From contig AP024596.1 of the NCBI GenBank assembly GCA_019704295.1, positions 1,184,001 to 1,248,000 of the forward strand: 64,000 bases of DNA. The letters run 5' to 3'. Shown piece after piece: positions 61,816-64,000 of this stretch. Under the pieces are notes generated by a model. The model saw only the letters and a program-made list of their open reading frames with translations, was not told the origin of the DNA and searched no databases. This DNA comes from Sulfolobales archaeon HS-7 (GTDB lineage Archaea > Thermoproteota > Thermoprotei_A > Sulfolobales > Sulfolobaceae). The position numbers and the translations under genes are program-made. Position 1 is the first letter of the stretch. Each line of letters opens with the position of its first letter.

Positions 61816-61976
61816 TGTCAAGATAGAATTATCTAACCTAAATAGTCCCATACCAATAATTTCTTATTTATTATTCAAATATCTTCTTTACTTTCTTGTC
61901 TTCGATATGAATCTAGAATATCTTTACCTTTATATATTTATACTTAATCGAAAATAACTTTTCTTAACAAGAATCT

Positions 61977-62045
61977 GGGGCGATTCATGTCTACATTGCG
62001 AATTCACTTTATTTTATTAGTTTAAAATTAACTAATTCATTGCAG
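61977..62045 (-). repeat. Dispersed repeat, partial copy G
   Basis: GGGGCGATTCATGTCTACATTGCGAATTCACTTTATTTT matches the end of copy C (reverse complement). Confidence 0.6.
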
Positions 62046-62063
62046 GTTGGTAATACTAAATAA

Positions 62064-62720
62064 GGGACGAGCCGGAAATAATACCATGGAACAACCTGAA
62101 TTACCAAGTATAACCGAATACGGATTTTACTTTCCAGCTCGTCCCACCTTCCGCAGGACGCATTATTAAACAAATTGGTCGTAGAGATCGAGAGGAAAGC
62201 CCTTGAGGAAGCGGAGGAGATGAGTCCAAAGTAGGGGAAAATGGGTTGAGGGGAAGAGTCTCTAGTTTCTGCATCCTCAAGGGCTTCGTGCTCTTGATGA
62301 AGGGTAGGAGGAAGATCTACGGCATTCTACTTAAGCGTGAAACTATCTGTCTTGTACAAGGAGGGCAAGGGGATCAAGACGCGCGTAGAGGCGCCTTACG
62401 CTTCGCCTCTAATACAGCTATGGGAACAGCAGGTCCAGAAAGTTACATACATAAACGTCCCAGTCCTTGACCTTCCTGGGCAACTTGGACCTATTTACGA
62501 CTAAACCATTATAAGGACTTGCTATTCTCGTCCCTGCTACGTATTTTTCCCAAGGAAGACCTTAGCGTATAACACACTTCCCTCTTCCTAGCAATACCCA
62601 TAGCCTCTCGAACTCTTCCTCTCCGAACCTCCACTTCCCGCCCTAAGTACTACTGGTTTAACCTCCCCTTCTTTACGTACTCCCTAAACTCGGTATACGA
62701 TATTCCCAGACGCCGTCAAC
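62064..62720. mobile_element. Degraded transposase-like remnant(s)
   Basis: GC-richer, broken frames (MEQPELPSIT..PQDALLNKLVVEIERKALEEAEE..); GGGACG...CGTCCC 6-bp ends at 62064 and 62461. Family not assignable. Confidence 0.35.
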
Positions 62721-62815
62721 TTCCTTAGGTCTTAGCATTGCGTGGGATATATGATGAAACAACATAAACTCTACGGTCTAAGGGGACTGCTGACAACGAC
62801 AGAATATTTAAGTAC

Positions 62816-63301
62816 TTGAAGGTAGAGATATCTCTTGTGGAAGAGCTTATTAGGAGAGCTGAAGAAAAAGGGATTGATGTTGAGGGATTACTCATCTCTG
62901 CTTTGTCAAATAAAGACCCTCAGAACGAGATTAAACTTAGGCTCGAGTTGGCTGAAAAATATATGAAAAGTGCAGAGGAGTACTTAAAGCAAGGTGATCC
63001 AGTTCAGGCTTCAGAAAAGGCATATAAAGTAGCTGAAGAAGTCGTTAAGGCCTTAGCCGAAAAGTTTGACTTACCGGAATACCAACAAGCAATCAAAGAA
63101 GGTAGGTGGTACACTTATCTTCTAGCTAAAGCTTCTAACGCCCTAGCAATTAAGTTGGGGAAATGGGCGCTAGACGGTTGGGATAGCGGCTATGTAATTC
63201 ACGTCTGGGGGTTTCATGAAGCAAAGCTCACAGTTGACGACATCACTTCATACGTTGAGAGAGTTAGAGAGATGTTAGAAGAATCTAAAAAGATACTATA
63301 G
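62816..63301 (+). CDS. PaREP1-family (HEPN-like) protein
   Basis: GDPVQASEKAYKVAEE..KALA, GRW and HVWGFHE motifs. Confidence 0.9.
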   Translation: MKVEISLVEELIRRAEEKGIDVEGLLISALSNKDPQNEIKLRLELAEKYMKSAEEYLKQGDPVQASEKAYKVAEEVVKALAEKFDLPEYQQAIKEGRWYTYLLAKASNALAIKLGKWALDGWDSGYVIHVWGFHEAKLTVDDITSYVERVREMLEESKKIL

Positions 63302-64000
63302 AGTTAACCTTACAATTTTATGTTCTTTTGCTAATTACTTCAAAAGGGAAGGATATTACTATTAGTTAGATCTAATTTTTACATAAGCTTCACTACTGTT
63401 TCTATCATTAATATTAGGGGTCAGCTAGGACTTTAACACATGGTAAATTTATTGAAAAGTCGTGACAGTTAGATTTACCCTAAACACTTACCTATCTGCT
63501 TACTCCATTCATGTTAACGGGGGGATTCAAAGAAGGCCGAGGACCCGTGATAATGTCCAATTGATATTAAATGTTATTTACTTTATTAAAAATTTTAGGA
63601 TATAAGAATAATCCACCCCACACCTATCAATCATGACAATAACAGGGTGTTACGAGAGATAAAACTCCTTGTTGACTTTCTTTGAACTAAAAATATTTAG
63701 CGTTACCTGCTGCAAATCTTTAACTCGTCTGACCAAAAACATTTTTAACAATAATATTGTATATTATATTTAGATAGTTCTTTTTATGTTCAATAAATTT
63801 TCTCTATATTATTTCTGACTTATAATTGAATTCAGGACATATTTTAAAACTTTGTTAGTTTATTCAGTTATTCATAAATTACACATTAAACATTCTCGCT
63901 CGACCCTAGTAAATGTTCTTAAACTAATACTAATTGAGTAGAGCGATGATAGAAGCGATTTTCGGCAACGCAAGAGATATGAGTGAAGTTGAGGACATTA

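Noticed and set aside
1-64000. CRISPR array, tRNA or rRNA genes
   Set aside because: No regularly spaced 24-37 bp repeats with unique spacers, and no cloverleaf or rRNA-like segments, were recognised by eye.

Overview
A 64 kb chromosomal window from a thermoacidophilic crenarchaeon, almost certainly Sulfolobales. The evidence is a coalescin/ClsN-type SMC ATPase, a thermopsin, DUF929, PaREP1, VapBC pairs, archaeal DtdA, a Sulfolobales-type tnpB remnant and many apparently leaderless genes with TATA boxes about 25-30 nt upstream. It is mostly accessory/metabolic sequence: transporters, hydrolases, redox enzymes and a carbohydrate locus (GH5, a GH-like unknown, GH12 and a family-5 ABC importer, 36-48.8 kb), mixed with pseudogenes, IS debris and toxin-antitoxin-like modules. 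No tRNA, rRNA or CRISPR array was seen. Best candidate for a new system: an AT-rich two-gene operon (18408-20015). It encodes a protein with two complete PD-(D/E)xK nuclease domains, abutting a protein whose C-terminal half resembles, by eye and from memory, the four-helix major capsid protein of rudiviruses/lipothrixviruses. Other highlights are an unannotated ~160-bp dispersed repeat (7 copies, two pairs bracketing accessory genes), a probable CTG start codon for DUF929, and a DUF2283-like/DUF4258-like pair with a 62-nt internally homogenised tract. All family assignments come from motif recognition without database searches.
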